This document shows, one piece after another, positions 34,297-43,289 of a DNA stretch of 64,000 bases; positions within the stretch are counted from its first letter, which is position 1; each line of letters opens with the position of its first letter. The translations under genes were made by a program, and so were the position numbers. This DNA comes from Crocinitomicaceae bacterium. Its GTDB lineage: Bacteria > Bacteroidota > Bacteroidia > Flavobacteriales_D > Crocinitomicaceae. The stretch lies in contig JAURGK010000001.1 of NCBI GenBank assembly GCA_030833845.1, positions 97,468 through 161,467 on the forward strand, given 5' to 3'. The notes beneath the pieces were generated by a model. It was not told the origin of the DNA. It did no database searches and saw nothing but the letters and a program-made list of their open reading frames with translations.

Positions 34297-35847
34297 ATGG
34301 ACCAAACAGAGAACAATCGCAAACCTATCAATCGGATAAAAAATCCTGCTCAACCCTTTACAGATATAGGCAGAATACCTCCTCAAGCAATTGATATTGA
34401 GCAAGTTGTGCTTGGCGCCATGATGCTGGAAAGCAAGGCCATCAATGATACGATCGATATACTTTCGGAGAAAACATTCTATGACGTCCGGCATCAACAC
34501 ATATTTAAGGCGATCAGGGCCTTGTTTGCCGCTACCAACCCCATTGACCTTGTTACGGTCACTGCCTATTTACAAAAAAGTGGCGAACTTGAATTGGCTG
34601 GCGGTCCTGGCTATGTGAGCTCCCTCACTACAAGAGTGGCAAGTGCAGCTCACGTGCAGCACCATGCACGAATTTTAGCTGAAAAATTTATCAAAAGGGA
34701 ATTAATTAACGTGAGTTCTCAAATTATCCGCGATGCCTATGATGACACTCGAGATGTCTTTGATCTTCTCAATGATGCGGAAGCAGATCTCTTTAGTATT
34801 GCCGAAAACAATATGTCCAAACAAGTTGGTACCATGTCGTATATTGTTCAAGAAGCTATTCATGAGATAGAATTGGCATCCAAAAACACTGATGGCGTTT
34901 CGGGAATTCCAACGGGCTTTCATGACCTTGACAAGGTAACCTCTGGTTGGCAGCGTTCAGATATGATTGTCTTGGCAGCCAGACCTGGTATGGGAAAAAC
35001 GGCATTTGTTTTGTCCATGGCTAGAAATACAGCAGTTGAGTATGGCAAAGGTGTAGCCATTTTTTCCTTAGAGATGTCTTCGGTACAGCTAGTCAAAAGG
35101 CTCATTGCAAGTGAGTCAAGACTTTCGGCCGAAAAATTAAGAAAAGGTGATCTCAAGGAACACGAATTCCAGCAATTGCACACCCGCATTACCAAACTTG
35201 CCGAAGCGCCAATTTTTATTGACGACACTCCAGGCATCAATATTTTTGATTTTCGTGCCAAATGCCGCCGACTCAAAGCGCAATATAACATCGATTTGGT
35301 CATCATTGACTATTTGCAGCTAATGAGTGCCAGAGATTCAAAAAGCGGCGGCAATCGCGAACAAGAAATCTCAACTATTTCAAGATCCATCAAAGAAATT
35401 GCCAAGGAGCTGAATGTTCCTATCATTGCCTTGTCTCAGCTAAGTCGATCGGTAGAGACGCGAGGTGGTGACAAGCGCCCCATGCTTTCTGACTTGCGCG
35501 AATCCGGAGCCATAGAGCAAGATGCCGATATTGTTTCGTTTATCTACAGACCTGAATACTATGATTTGACTCAAGATGCCGACGGTAACTCGACTATAGG
35601 CATGGGCGAAATTATCATCGCAAAACATAGAAACGGGGCCTTAAAAAATGTGCGACTGAGGTTTGTGCCCGAATTTGCCCGATTTGAAAACTTTGATGAG
35701 GTAGAACCGCTTGATTTGGCAGAAAATTCAAATTCAGGGCTCGCCCAGTTTAACCAATCGTTCTCCACCTACACCATCAAAAGTAAAATGGATGAAACCG
35801 AAGAAGATATTTTCAGTAAAGATGACAATGAACAAGATCCATTCTAA
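34297..35847 (+). CDS. dnaB: Replicative DNA helicase DnaB
   Basis: N-terminal domain PPQAIDIEQVVLGAMML. Walker A ARPGMGKTAF. Walker B VIIDYLQLM. SQLSR motif. Confidence 0.96.
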   Translation: MDQTENNRKPINRIKNPAQPFTDIGRIPPQAIDIEQVVLGAMMLESKAINDTIDILSEKTFYDVRHQHIFKAIRALFAATNPIDLVTVTAYLQKSGELELAGGPGYVSSLTTRVASAAHVQHHARILAEKFIKRELINVSSQIIRDAYDDTRDVFDLLNDAEADLFSIAENNMSKQVGTMSYIVQEAIHEIELASKNTDGVSGIPTGFHDLDKVTSGWQRSDMIVLAARPGMGKTAFVLSMARNTAVEYGKGVAIFSLEMSSVQLVKRLIASESRLSAEKLRKGDLKEHEFQQLHTRITKLAEAPIFIDDTPGINIFDFRAKCRRLKAQYNIDLVIIDYLQLMSARDSKSGGNREQEISTISRSIKEIAKELNVPIIALSQLSRSVETRGGDKRPMLSDLRESGAIEQDADIVSFIYRPEYYDLTQDADGNSTIGMGEIIIAKHRNGALKNVRLRFVPEFARFENFDEVEPLDLAENSNSGLAQFNQSFSTYTIKSKMDETEEDIFSKDDNEQDPF

Positions 35848-37105
35848 GTTTCTATTCTTACTTTTTGTATCCATCTTTACCCTTCGTGCTTTTGGTTCAC
35901 AAATATTGGTGCCGATGGATGAAGGTCAACGAGATCATCTCAAGGCCTATGGACTTGCCTATTGGACGCTTGAAAACGACATCACCATCGAATGGCTACT
36001 CAATTACCGTGGTGGCAGCTTTTTAATTCCCCATTTGCAACGCATTGAAGAGGAACTGCTTGTAAGAAACATTAGCTATCAAATATTGGCAGATGGGCAA
36101 GTGAATCGAATCAAATCTGAAATTGCAAATCCGGAAGTAAATATGGAGGTGGTGCAACTTGAGAAGGCACCAAAGATTGCCGTATATACACCATCTAACA
36201 AACTCCCCTGGGACGACGCCGTTACACTTGTACTAACTTACGCAGAAATTAAATACGACCAGATATACGATTCAGCTATCGTCAGTGGAGTGCTTCCGAA
36301 ATATGATTGGTTGCACTTACATCATGAAGATTTTACTGGCCAATACGGTAAATTTTATGGCTCTGCAAGAATGCAAAGTTGGTACCAACAAGAAGTGAAG
36401 CGCACCGAAGCATCGGCGCAGCAACTAGGTTTTGCTTCCACTGCCGCCTTGAAGCGCGCTGTAGCCTTGAACATTAGGAATTTTGTAATAGGTGGCGGAT
36501 TTCTATTTACAATGTGTTCTGGTACTGATTCCTTTGACATTGCTCTGGCCGCACAAAATGTGGATATCCAAGAAACTGTTTTTGATGGCACCCCATCTGA
36601 TCCAAGGGCACAAGAAAAACTTGACTATAACGAAACTTTTGCTTTCAAAGATTTTCATATCATCAAGGATCCAATGATTTATGAATACAGCGATATTGAC
36701 GGTACGGATTTACGCACTCAAAGGCAAATCACTGAAAAAACCGATCAATTTACCTTATTTGAATTTTCTGCCAAATGGGATGTTGTGCCCACTATGCTCA
36801 CCCAGTGTCATGTAGATGTCGTTAATGGATTTATGGGGCAAACTACTGATTTTCATAAAGAATTCATCAAACCAAATGTGCTTATCTTAGGCGAAAACAA
36901 AGCGGCCAATACGGCCAAATATATTCACGGCGAATTTGGACAAGGAACTTGGACTTTCTACGGTGGCCATGACCCAGAAGACTACCAGCACCTTGTTGGG
37001 GACCCACCCACAGACCTCAATTTACATCCAAACTCACCTGGTTATCGCCTTATTTTAAATAATATCTTATTTCCAGCAGCTAAAAAGCAAAAACGAAAAA
37101 CATAG
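35822..37105 (+). CDS. Conserved secreted hypothetical protein (possible GATase1/DJ-1-like Cys elbow)
   Basis: Signal peptide MTMNKIHSKFLFLLFVSIFTLRAFG (alternative start at 35828). Motif IGGGFLFTMCSGTD. The start lies inside the last 26 nt of dnaB. Confidence 0.65.
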   Translation: MTMNKIHSKFLFLLFVSIFTLRAFGSQILVPMDEGQRDHLKAYGLAYWTLENDITIEWLLNYRGGSFLIPHLQRIEEELLVRNISYQILADGQVNRIKSEIANPEVNMEVVQLEKAPKIAVYTPSNKLPWDDAVTLVLTYAEIKYDQIYDSAIVSGVLPKYDWLHLHHEDFTGQYGKFYGSARMQSWYQQEVKRTEASAQQLGFASTAALKRAVALNIRNFVIGGGFLFTMCSGTDSFDIALAAQNVDIQETVFDGTPSDPRAQEKLDYNETFAFKDFHIIKDPMIYEYSDIDGTDLRTQRQITEKTDQFTLFEFSAKWDVVPTMLTQCHVDVVNGFMGQTTDFHKEFIKPNVLILGENKAANTAKYIHGEFGQGTWTFYGGHDPEDYQHLVGDPPTDLNLHPNSPGYRLILNNILFPAAKKQKRKT

Positions 37106-37113
37106 TTTTTGAT

Positions 37114-37140
37114 AGAATTTGTTTGTCGTAACAAATTTTT
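37114..37140 (+). terminator. AT-rich hairpin plus T-run between the 35822-37105 gene and rho (weak terminator or rho leader element)
   Basis: Stem AATTTGTT/AACAAATT (37116-23 and 37130-37) with loop TGTCGT, followed by TTT. Confidence 0.3.
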
Positions 37141-37211
37141 ACTTAAACTTGCAGCACAATTCTAAACCCAAATTCTGGGCTTCTCCAAATTCAGTACCTA
37201 AGACCCCATTA

Positions 37212-38783
37212 ATGGACATTACCACCCTAGAGAGCAAAAAAATCTCGGATTTGCGCGTTATCGCTCAATCTGTTGGCATCGATGCTAGCAATATGAAAAA
37301 AAATGAAATCATTTCAGCACTTAGCTCTAGTCAAGAGACTAAACAAACTCAACAAGAGCCTGAACAATCAGCTCAAGAACCCAAAAAGCGAGGTAGAAAG
37401 CCAAAAAATCAAAGCGATGTTGAGGCAGAACTAACGAAAAGTTCCGAAGCTCAAGAAGACGAAAAAGCTAATCAAAGCGAGATTAATTCCCAAAATAATC
37501 AGCCTGAAAATCAGCGCCAACATAAAACGGAAGCTCCATCTCAAGAGCAACGCAGTGCACGTCATGAGCAAAACAATCAACGTCATGAGCAGCAAAGAAA
37601 TGCGCGCCATGAGCAAGAACGTGCTCAACGTCAAGAACAAGCAGCAAAAGAGGAACAATTTGATTTAGTAGGCATTGTATCTGCTGAAGGTGTTTTGGAG
37701 GTAATCCAAGACGGATATGGATTCTTGAGGTCTTCTGACTATAACTACCTCCCTTCTCCTGATGACATCTATGTTTCTCAACACCAAATTAAACTTTACG
37801 GTCTCAAAACCGGAGACACCGTAAAAGCAACCATTAGGCCTCCACGAGAAGGAGAGAAATTCTTTCCTTTAGTTAAAGTGGCGTCAATCAATGGCCGCGA
37901 TCCATCATATATCCGTGATCGTGTACCTTTCCAATACCTTACCCCTCTTTTTCCTTCTGAAAAATTCAAATTGACAGGGCATCCTCAAGAAACGCTATCC
38001 ACTCGTGTAATGGATCTTTTTGCCCCAATCGGAAAGGGCCAGCGTGGTATGATTGTCGCACAACCCAAGACAGGGAAAACCATGTTACTTAAAGATGTTG
38101 CCAATGCAATAGCGGCAAACCATCCTGAAACTTATTTGATTGTCCTACTCATCGACGAACGGCCAGAAGAAGTTACCGATATGGCACGTTCAGTAAAAGC
38201 GGAGGTCATTGCTTCAACTTTTGATGAACCTGCAGATCGCCATGTGAAAGTGGCCAATATGGTGTTAGAAAAAGCCAAGCGCATGGTGGAATGTGGCCAC
38301 GACGTATGTATACTTTTGGATTCCATTACCCGATTGGCTAGAGCATACAATACTGTTTCGCCAGCCTCGGGCAAAGTGTTGTCTGGAGGGGTGGATGCCA
38401 ATGCATTGCACAAACCAAAGCGCTTTTTTGGATCGGCACGTAAAATTGAAAACGGTGGTTCACTTTCTATTTTAGCTACCGCCTTGACTGAAACGGGCTC
38501 TAAAATGGATGAAGTAATTTTTGAGGAATTCAAAGGCACGGGTAATATGGAGCTTCAGTTAGACCGTAAAATTTCCAACAGACGTATTTATCCAGCCATT
38601 GATATCACTGCATCTGGTACCCGTAGAGAAGATTTACTCGTTGGTAAAGATGTATTGCAACGTGTTTGGTTGATTCGTAAGTTTATCGCTGATATGAATC
38701 CTGTAGAGGCGATGGAATTCATGAAATCACATATGGAAAATACGCTTTCCAACGAAGAATTTCTGGTATCGATGAATAGCTAA
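37212..38783 (+). CDS. rho: Transcription termination factor Rho with a roughly 110-aa low-complexity insertion in the N-terminal domain
   Basis: Start at [18 protein letters not shown] (Rho N-terminal helix bundle). CSD-like RNA-binding region [15 protein letters not shown]. Walker A AQPKTGKT. Conserved ATPase core and C-terminus. Confidence 0.95.
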   Translation: MDITTLESKKISDLRVIAQSVGIDASNMKKNEIISALSSSQETKQTQQEPEQSAQEPKKRGRKPKNQSDVEAELTKSSEAQEDEKANQSEINSQNNQPENQRQHKTEAPSQEQRSARHEQNNQRHEQQRNARHEQERAQRQEQAAKEEQFDLVGIVSAEGVLEVIQDGYGFLRSSDYNYLPSPDDIYVSQHQIKLYGLKTGDTVKATIRPPREGEKFFPLVKVASINGRDPSYIRDRVPFQYLTPLFPSEKFKLTGHPQETLSTRVMDLFAPIGKGQRGMIVAQPKTGKTMLLKDVANAIAANHPETYLIVLLIDERPEEVTDMARSVKAEVIASTFDEPADRHVKVANMVLEKAKRMVECGHDVCILLDSITRLARAYNTVSPASGKVLSGGVDANALHKPKRFFGSARKIENGGSLSILATALTETGSKMDEVIFEEFKGTGNMELQLDRKISNRRIYPAIDITASGTRREDLLVGKDVLQRVWLIRKFIADMNPVEAMEFMKSHMENTLSNEEFLVSMNS

Positions 38784-39322
38784 TGAAAAGCGGTTGGTTT
38801 TATGCACTTTGCTTCAGTGCTTTGTGGATCGCACTGAAAATGTTGGCCTTCTCTTTGAATTGGCAATTAGAGCAGATTCAAGTTTTTGTGCTTTTAAACA
38901 TGGCTTTACTCACTGCTGCAATTGCACTTTTTTTATACAGCACAAAAAGAAATGAAACTGAGAGCAATTTGTTGAATGATATCAAAAATGGACTCAAAGT
39001 AGGCCTTCCTTATACGCTTATTGTAAGTTTTTTTCTTTTCTTTTACTACCGTGATATCTATCCTGAGTTCAATGAAAATAAGCGCGCTGCATTTGAACAA
39101 AAAATAAATACCCCACAGAAAATTGCGGTAATACGCAAGGGTAATTCCGCACTTGAAAACAAGAGCGACGAAGAAATCAAAATATTGGCTAGACAAAACA
39201 CCGCTATGATGTACAACCCCCAATTCACCCTGAGTATTAGCCTCTTGGCTTTACTAGTTTACAGTACACTTAATAGCTTGATGATTGCAGTAATTTACCG
39301 TAAAGTGGTGTTTAGAGCCTAG
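38783..39322 (+). CDS. Small integral membrane protein of unknown function
   Basis: Four hydrophobic helices. TAATG overlap with the rho stop. Its 3' end overlaps the convergent mpl gene by 11 nt. Confidence 0.6.
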   Translation: MKSGWFYALCFSALWIALKMLAFSLNWQLEQIQVFVLLNMALLTAAIALFLYSTKRNETESNLLNDIKNGLKVGLPYTLIVSFFLFFYYRDIYPEFNENKRAAFEQKINTPQKIAVIRKGNSALENKSDEEIKILARQNTAMMYNPQFTLSISLLALLVYSTLNSLMIAVIYRKVVFRA

Positions 39323-40670
39323 CCACTATTTGCTGACCTAAAGCATCGTAGTCGATGCCATCAAAATTTCCACTAGACATCATGAGCAGCACTTTATTGT
39401 GCCAATCTTGACTGTTGATATGTTCAATTACATCATCAGTTTGGGTACAAATCAGCACTTTTCCGCCAAAACCTTCTTGTACTTCACTTGGATCAAGGGC
39501 TGGTAATTTCTTATGAGCCACAACCGAAGGGCTAAAATAAACCAAGGCTTGATCAGCAGCATCCATGGAGCCTTCATATTGCGGTAAAAATGATTTTTGT
39601 AAGGAGCTAAAGGTATGTAGCTCCATACACGCTACTACCTCCCTACCTGAATACTGTTGTTTGATGGCTGCCGTGGTTGCCTTTAATTTGGAAGGAGAGT
39701 GTGCAAAATCCTTGAACATCACAAAATCAGTTGATTCAATTACTTTTTGAAGACGCTTGCCAGCACCTGTAAAATCAGACATCACAGTAAAAAAATCATG
39801 CGGACCAATACCCATTTGTTCAGCAACGCGCATTGCTCCAAATAAATTCTGAAGATTATGGGCCCCAAAAATGCGAAGTGGATAACTTTTACTATCAAAA
39901 TTTAGTGTGGTTCCTGTGCTCGTTGGAGAATAATCCGGTGTTTGATAAGGCACGAGCTTAATCCCTTTGGCATTGCGAGCAATTGGCTCAATATTGACAT
40001 CTTCGCTATTGAATATCAAAGATCCATTTGCTTCTATGAGCTTAACAAATTTGTCAAACTGTTCTAAGTAATTTTCAAAAGTGGGAAAGACATTGATATG
40101 GTCCCAGGCGATGCCAGATAAAAGTGCAATGTTTGGTTGATAAAGATGAAATTTGGGCCGCAGGTCAATTGGTGAACTCAAGTATTCGTCACCTTCTAGG
40201 ATCATATATTTGGCAGTCTCAGTTAAACGCACCATACAGTCGTAACCCTCAAGTTGGGCGCCCACCATGTAATCAACTTCAATACCTAATTTTGCAACTG
40301 CGTGTAGCAACATGGAGGTAATGGTTGTTTTACCGTGGCTCCCTCCTATCACCACCCGAATTTTATCTTTACTTTGTTCGAAAAGGTATTCTGGGTAGCT
40401 AAAAATAGGAATGTTGAGCGCCTTGGCTGCTGCTAATTCCGGATTATCTCCGCGTGCATGCATGCCTAATATCACAGCAGAGAGCCCCTCGTGAATGCGT
40501 TTGCTGTCCCAACCAAGTTGCTTGGGTAAAATTCTTTGTTTATCTAATCTCGAACGCGATGGCTCAAAGATTTCATCATCAGATCCAGTAACGCTTATTC
40601 CCTTTCTTGAAAGCGCAATGGCCAAATTGTGCATGGCGCTGCCGCCGATGGCGATAAAATGAACTTGCAT
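39312..40670 (-). CDS. mpl: Mur ligase family enzyme, Mpl-like (UDP-N-acetylmuramate:L-Ala-gamma-D-Glu-meso-DAP ligase)
   Basis: HFIAIGGSAMHNLA, P-loop GSHGKTTITSM, EGDEY, GAHNLQN, DFAHSP. Collinear with E. coli Mpl. Confidence 0.8.
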   Translation of the reverse strand: MQVHFIAIGGSAMHNLAIALSRKGISVTGSDDEIFEPSRSRLDKQRILPKQLGWDSKRIHEGLSAVILGMHARGDNPELAAAKALNIPIFSYPEYLFEQSKDKIRVVIGGSHGKTTITSMLLHAVAKLGIEVDYMVGAQLEGYDCMVRLTETAKYMILEGDEYLSSPIDLRPKFHLYQPNIALLSGIAWDHINVFPTFENYLEQFDKFVKLIEANGSLIFNSEDVNIEPIARNAKGIKLVPYQTPDYSPTSTGTTLNFDSKSYPLRIFGAHNLQNLFGAMRVAEQMGIGPHDFFTVMSDFTGAGKRLQKVIESTDFVMFKDFAHSPSKLKATTAAIKQQYSGREVVACMELHTFSSLQKSFLPQYEGSMDAADQALVYFSPSVVAHKKLPALDPSEVQEGFGGKVLICTQTDDVIEHINSQDWHNKVLLMMSSGNFDGIDYDALGQQIVARL

Positions 40671-40674
40671 GGTA

Positions 40675-43200
40675 TTATTTAATCAAAACATTGGCACCAG
40701 TTGAGTCATTGAACCAAACATATTCTGTGCTCACTTGCCCATCTCGTGTAAAATATGTTTTACCATTCTCATCGGTTGTTTGTTCGTAAACCACACCATA
40801 GCCGTTGGCATCAACCACTACGCGACGCACAATAACTTTGGTCACATAGCCTTCCTTGTTCTTAATCTGGTAAGTTTTTTCTGTCATTGAATTGGCAGGA
40901 AACAAGACTCCATTTTCATCACGAAGATAATTAGCAGAAGTCTTGAGCTGTGGGCGTGAGGCTGCTGTTTGCTGTATTTTCTCATATTGCTGCAACCCTG
41001 TGTTTGTGGCTTGATCTTGTTGTTTTTGCTTGACATAAGACACCTCTTGGGTGCGTTGATTCATCTCATTTACATTTTTATTCTCTTGAATGTTGCCATT
41101 GGCAAGTTTTAGATCTTTTTGATTTTGAATGGTGTTGAGTCTGTTGAGTTCATATTGTTGCCTCTCGTTGCTTGCCTGTACCTCCACCTGTTCTTGGTAA
41201 TCTTTGGCATCTTTCCAAGCGCTCAAATTTTGTGAATTTTCTTGTTGGCGTTCGGCTGTGGCTGCATTTCTATCCGCGATTGCTACTTCTGTTTTTTGCA
41301 AGGAATTTTGCTGTATACTTTGTAAATCTGCTTGTGTTTGATTGGACTCTTTGACATTCAATTCCCTTTGAGAGCGAGTTAACTCTAACTGCGCTGCAGT
41401 TTCAAAAGAACCAATTTGAGCGCTTTGTCCTGCAAAGTAATTTTGATATTCTATTTGATTACGTATATCCTGTTGGATGCGATAGGGCGCCTCTTCTTTG
41501 TTATCACGGGTTTGTCTTAAATCTGAAAAAACCATTGAATTATCTGCCGTTACTTCGGTACCAGGAGCCGTTAATTGTTTGCCTGCAGGAGTTTCAATCA
41601 CGGCTTCGCGCACAACTAAAGCCGTAGCAGGAGTCAAAAGCAAACGTAATGAATCAGCACTTTTTTGAACGGCATTGAGTTCAGCGATCCCTAAATAAGC
41701 TTGGTGACTAAGGCCTACGGTATGTAATTTTTCAAGAGATTTAAGTGCTGCAGAATTATCTTTAGATTTGACAAGAGCATAGGCGCTTTTGCGGTCTGAA
41801 TAATAGGCCTCCATTTCGCTAATTTTTTGTTTCAATTCAATCACCTCTGGCTCGTTTTGACGACTTTTCATTGGATCTGAATTCAAAATATTCTTAGCAA
41901 CATTATAATACTGTGGGCCTTTATTGAAGTTTTCATTGGCTTTGGCCAACTGATTTTGATACACCTGTGACATGGAGTTGATACCTTCTGTCACCCTTTT
42001 GAGCCCCCCTTGTAACTCCTTAGAATAATTATCAATAAGGACTTGTTTGTGAAAAAGACCAATTTGTTTGTCCGCATTCTTATACGTTTCTAGAGCCAAC
42101 TCATACTTTTTCTGCAGGTATTGATCATTGGCTAATTTCAAGGTTTTTTTCAGCTCAGCTTCAGTGAGAATATCTTGTTTGAACTCTTTTATTTTTCGCA
42201 GTTCAATTTCAACAACTTCTTTTTCACTTGGTTGAATTTGTATGGCTTCATCATATTTTTTGGCCGCCTCATCGTAGCGCTTGGCGTTCATGAGTGCTGC
42301 TGCCGCCTGCATTGCTTTTTGAAAGTCTAAGGCCTTCACTTTGTTCTGTTCTGCAGCGATGCGCTCAGCGCTTACTTCTGCTAATTCTTTTTCAATTTCG
42401 GTATTACCAGCACGCAGAGCTGAGGCTTCTTTGAGTTTCTTTTCGGCTAAGTTCAAGTCACCGGCAGCTCTGGCTGCTAGGGCCTCATTCAATAAACTAT
42501 TTTGACTTTCCGATTGTTCTGCAGCTAACTTGGCTTCTTGTTGTCTTGCATAAATAAGTTGCTTCTGTTGTAATGCAAATTGATCATCAGGGCGAATGAC
42601 CAACATGGAGTCTAAATAAACAATAGCTTTTGTCTCGTTTTGTTCACCGAGGTATTTTAGCGCTTTTTGTTGTAACGAAGCACATTTTTTATTTTCAGCG
42701 GCGAGTTGATAGGCTTCTTTGGCCTTGGTATCTGCCTCTATTTTAACAGCACTAATTTGTTCTAGTTTTTTGGTGGTAGATGACCACTCATATTTGTCTG
42801 TAGCTACATTTTTTGCAAAACTCAAATCGACATCTGGTTGTAACCTATATAGATCTGCGTTGAGGTTTCGACTCAATTGCAAACCATTTGGAGAGGGGCT
42901 TTGCCCTTGTAAATTTGTCAGATCCAACAATACATACTTAGTGAGGTATCCTCCTTTGGTAAAACGTAATTCTATGGGTTGGGCCTGTGTAATTTTGGCT
43001 GAAATGAAATAGGCACCGTCTTCATTTGAAAGCACTTTGGTCAAAACAGCATCTTGCTGCAAAAGATCAACATTTACACCATACAGATCCGAATGATCAA
43101 TAAAATTTTTTGTATTTCCCTCAATGACAACTAAATAGTCTCGTTGTGCGGTAAAGTGCAGCGGAAAAATAAGTAAGCAGAATAATAAAATTCTAGTCAT
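40675..43200 (-). CDS. Large secreted protein: N-terminal carboxypeptidase-regulatory-like beta domain, long TPR/coiled-coil and Gln-rich region
   Basis: Signal peptide MTRILLFCLLIFPLHFTAQ. Helical repeats rich in A/K/E/Q. A Q/N-rich low-complexity stretch near residues 580-740. No catalytic motif recognised. Confidence 0.65.
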   Translation of the reverse strand: MTRILLFCLLIFPLHFTAQRDYLVVIEGNTKNFIDHSDLYGVNVDLLQQDAVLTKVLSNEDGAYFISAKITQAQPIELRFTKGGYLTKYVLLDLTNLQGQSPSPNGLQLSRNLNADLYRLQPDVDLSFAKNVATDKYEWSSTTKKLEQISAVKIEADTKAKEAYQLAAENKKCASLQQKALKYLGEQNETKAIVYLDSMLVIRPDDQFALQQKQLIYARQQEAKLAAEQSESQNSLLNEALAARAAGDLNLAEKKLKEASALRAGNTEIEKELAEVSAERIAAEQNKVKALDFQKAMQAAAALMNAKRYDEAAKKYDEAIQIQPSEKEVVEIELRKIKEFKQDILTEAELKKTLKLANDQYLQKKYELALETYKNADKQIGLFHKQVLIDNYSKELQGGLKRVTEGINSMSQVYQNQLAKANENFNKGPQYYNVAKNILNSDPMKSRQNEPEVIELKQKISEMEAYYSDRKSAYALVKSKDNSAALKSLEKLHTVGLSHQAYLGIAELNAVQKSADSLRLLLTPATALVVREAVIETPAGKQLTAPGTEVTADNSMVFSDLRQTRDNKEEAPYRIQQDIRNQIEYQNYFAGQSAQIGSFETAAQLELTRSQRELNVKESNQTQADLQSIQQNSLQKTEVAIADRNAATAERQQENSQNLSAWKDAKDYQEQVEVQASNERQQYELNRLNTIQNQKDLKLANGNIQENKNVNEMNQRTQEVSYVKQKQQDQATNTGLQQYEKIQQTAASRPQLKTSANYLRDENGVLFPANSMTEKTYQIKNKEGYVTKVIVRRVVVDANGYGVVYEQTTDENGKTYFTRDGQVSTEYVWFNDSTGANVLIK

Positions 43201-43216
43201 AGCAAATGGAATAGTT

Positions 43217-43224
43217 CAAATGTA
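43217..43224 (-). promoter_or_regulatory. -7 promoter box TAcaTTTG (minus strand) for the 40675-43200 gene
   Basis: Plus-strand CAAATGTA, 16 nt upstream of the ATG at 43200. Confidence 0.45.
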
Positions 43225-43241
43225 TTTCTAACGCAAATTGG

Positions 43242-43249
43242 TACATTTG
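43242..43249 (+). promoter_or_regulatory. -7 promoter box TAcaTTTG for the FAD oxidoreductase gene
   Basis: Exact TAnnTTTG, 40 nt upstream of the ATG at 43290. It is the mirror image of the box at 43217-43224. Confidence 0.45.
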
Positions 43250-43289
43250 TTTCACACACAAATTTGCTAAAAAACAACGAGTAAAAAAA

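Noticed and set aside
35711-35821. A longer N-terminus for the secreted hypothetical protein, overlapping dnaB by 137 nt.
   Set aside because: The extension (MIWQKIQIQGSPSLTNRSPPTPSKVKWMKPKKIFSVK) precedes a canonical signal peptide, which must be N-terminal. The ATG at 35822 or 35828 gives a normal pre-protein.
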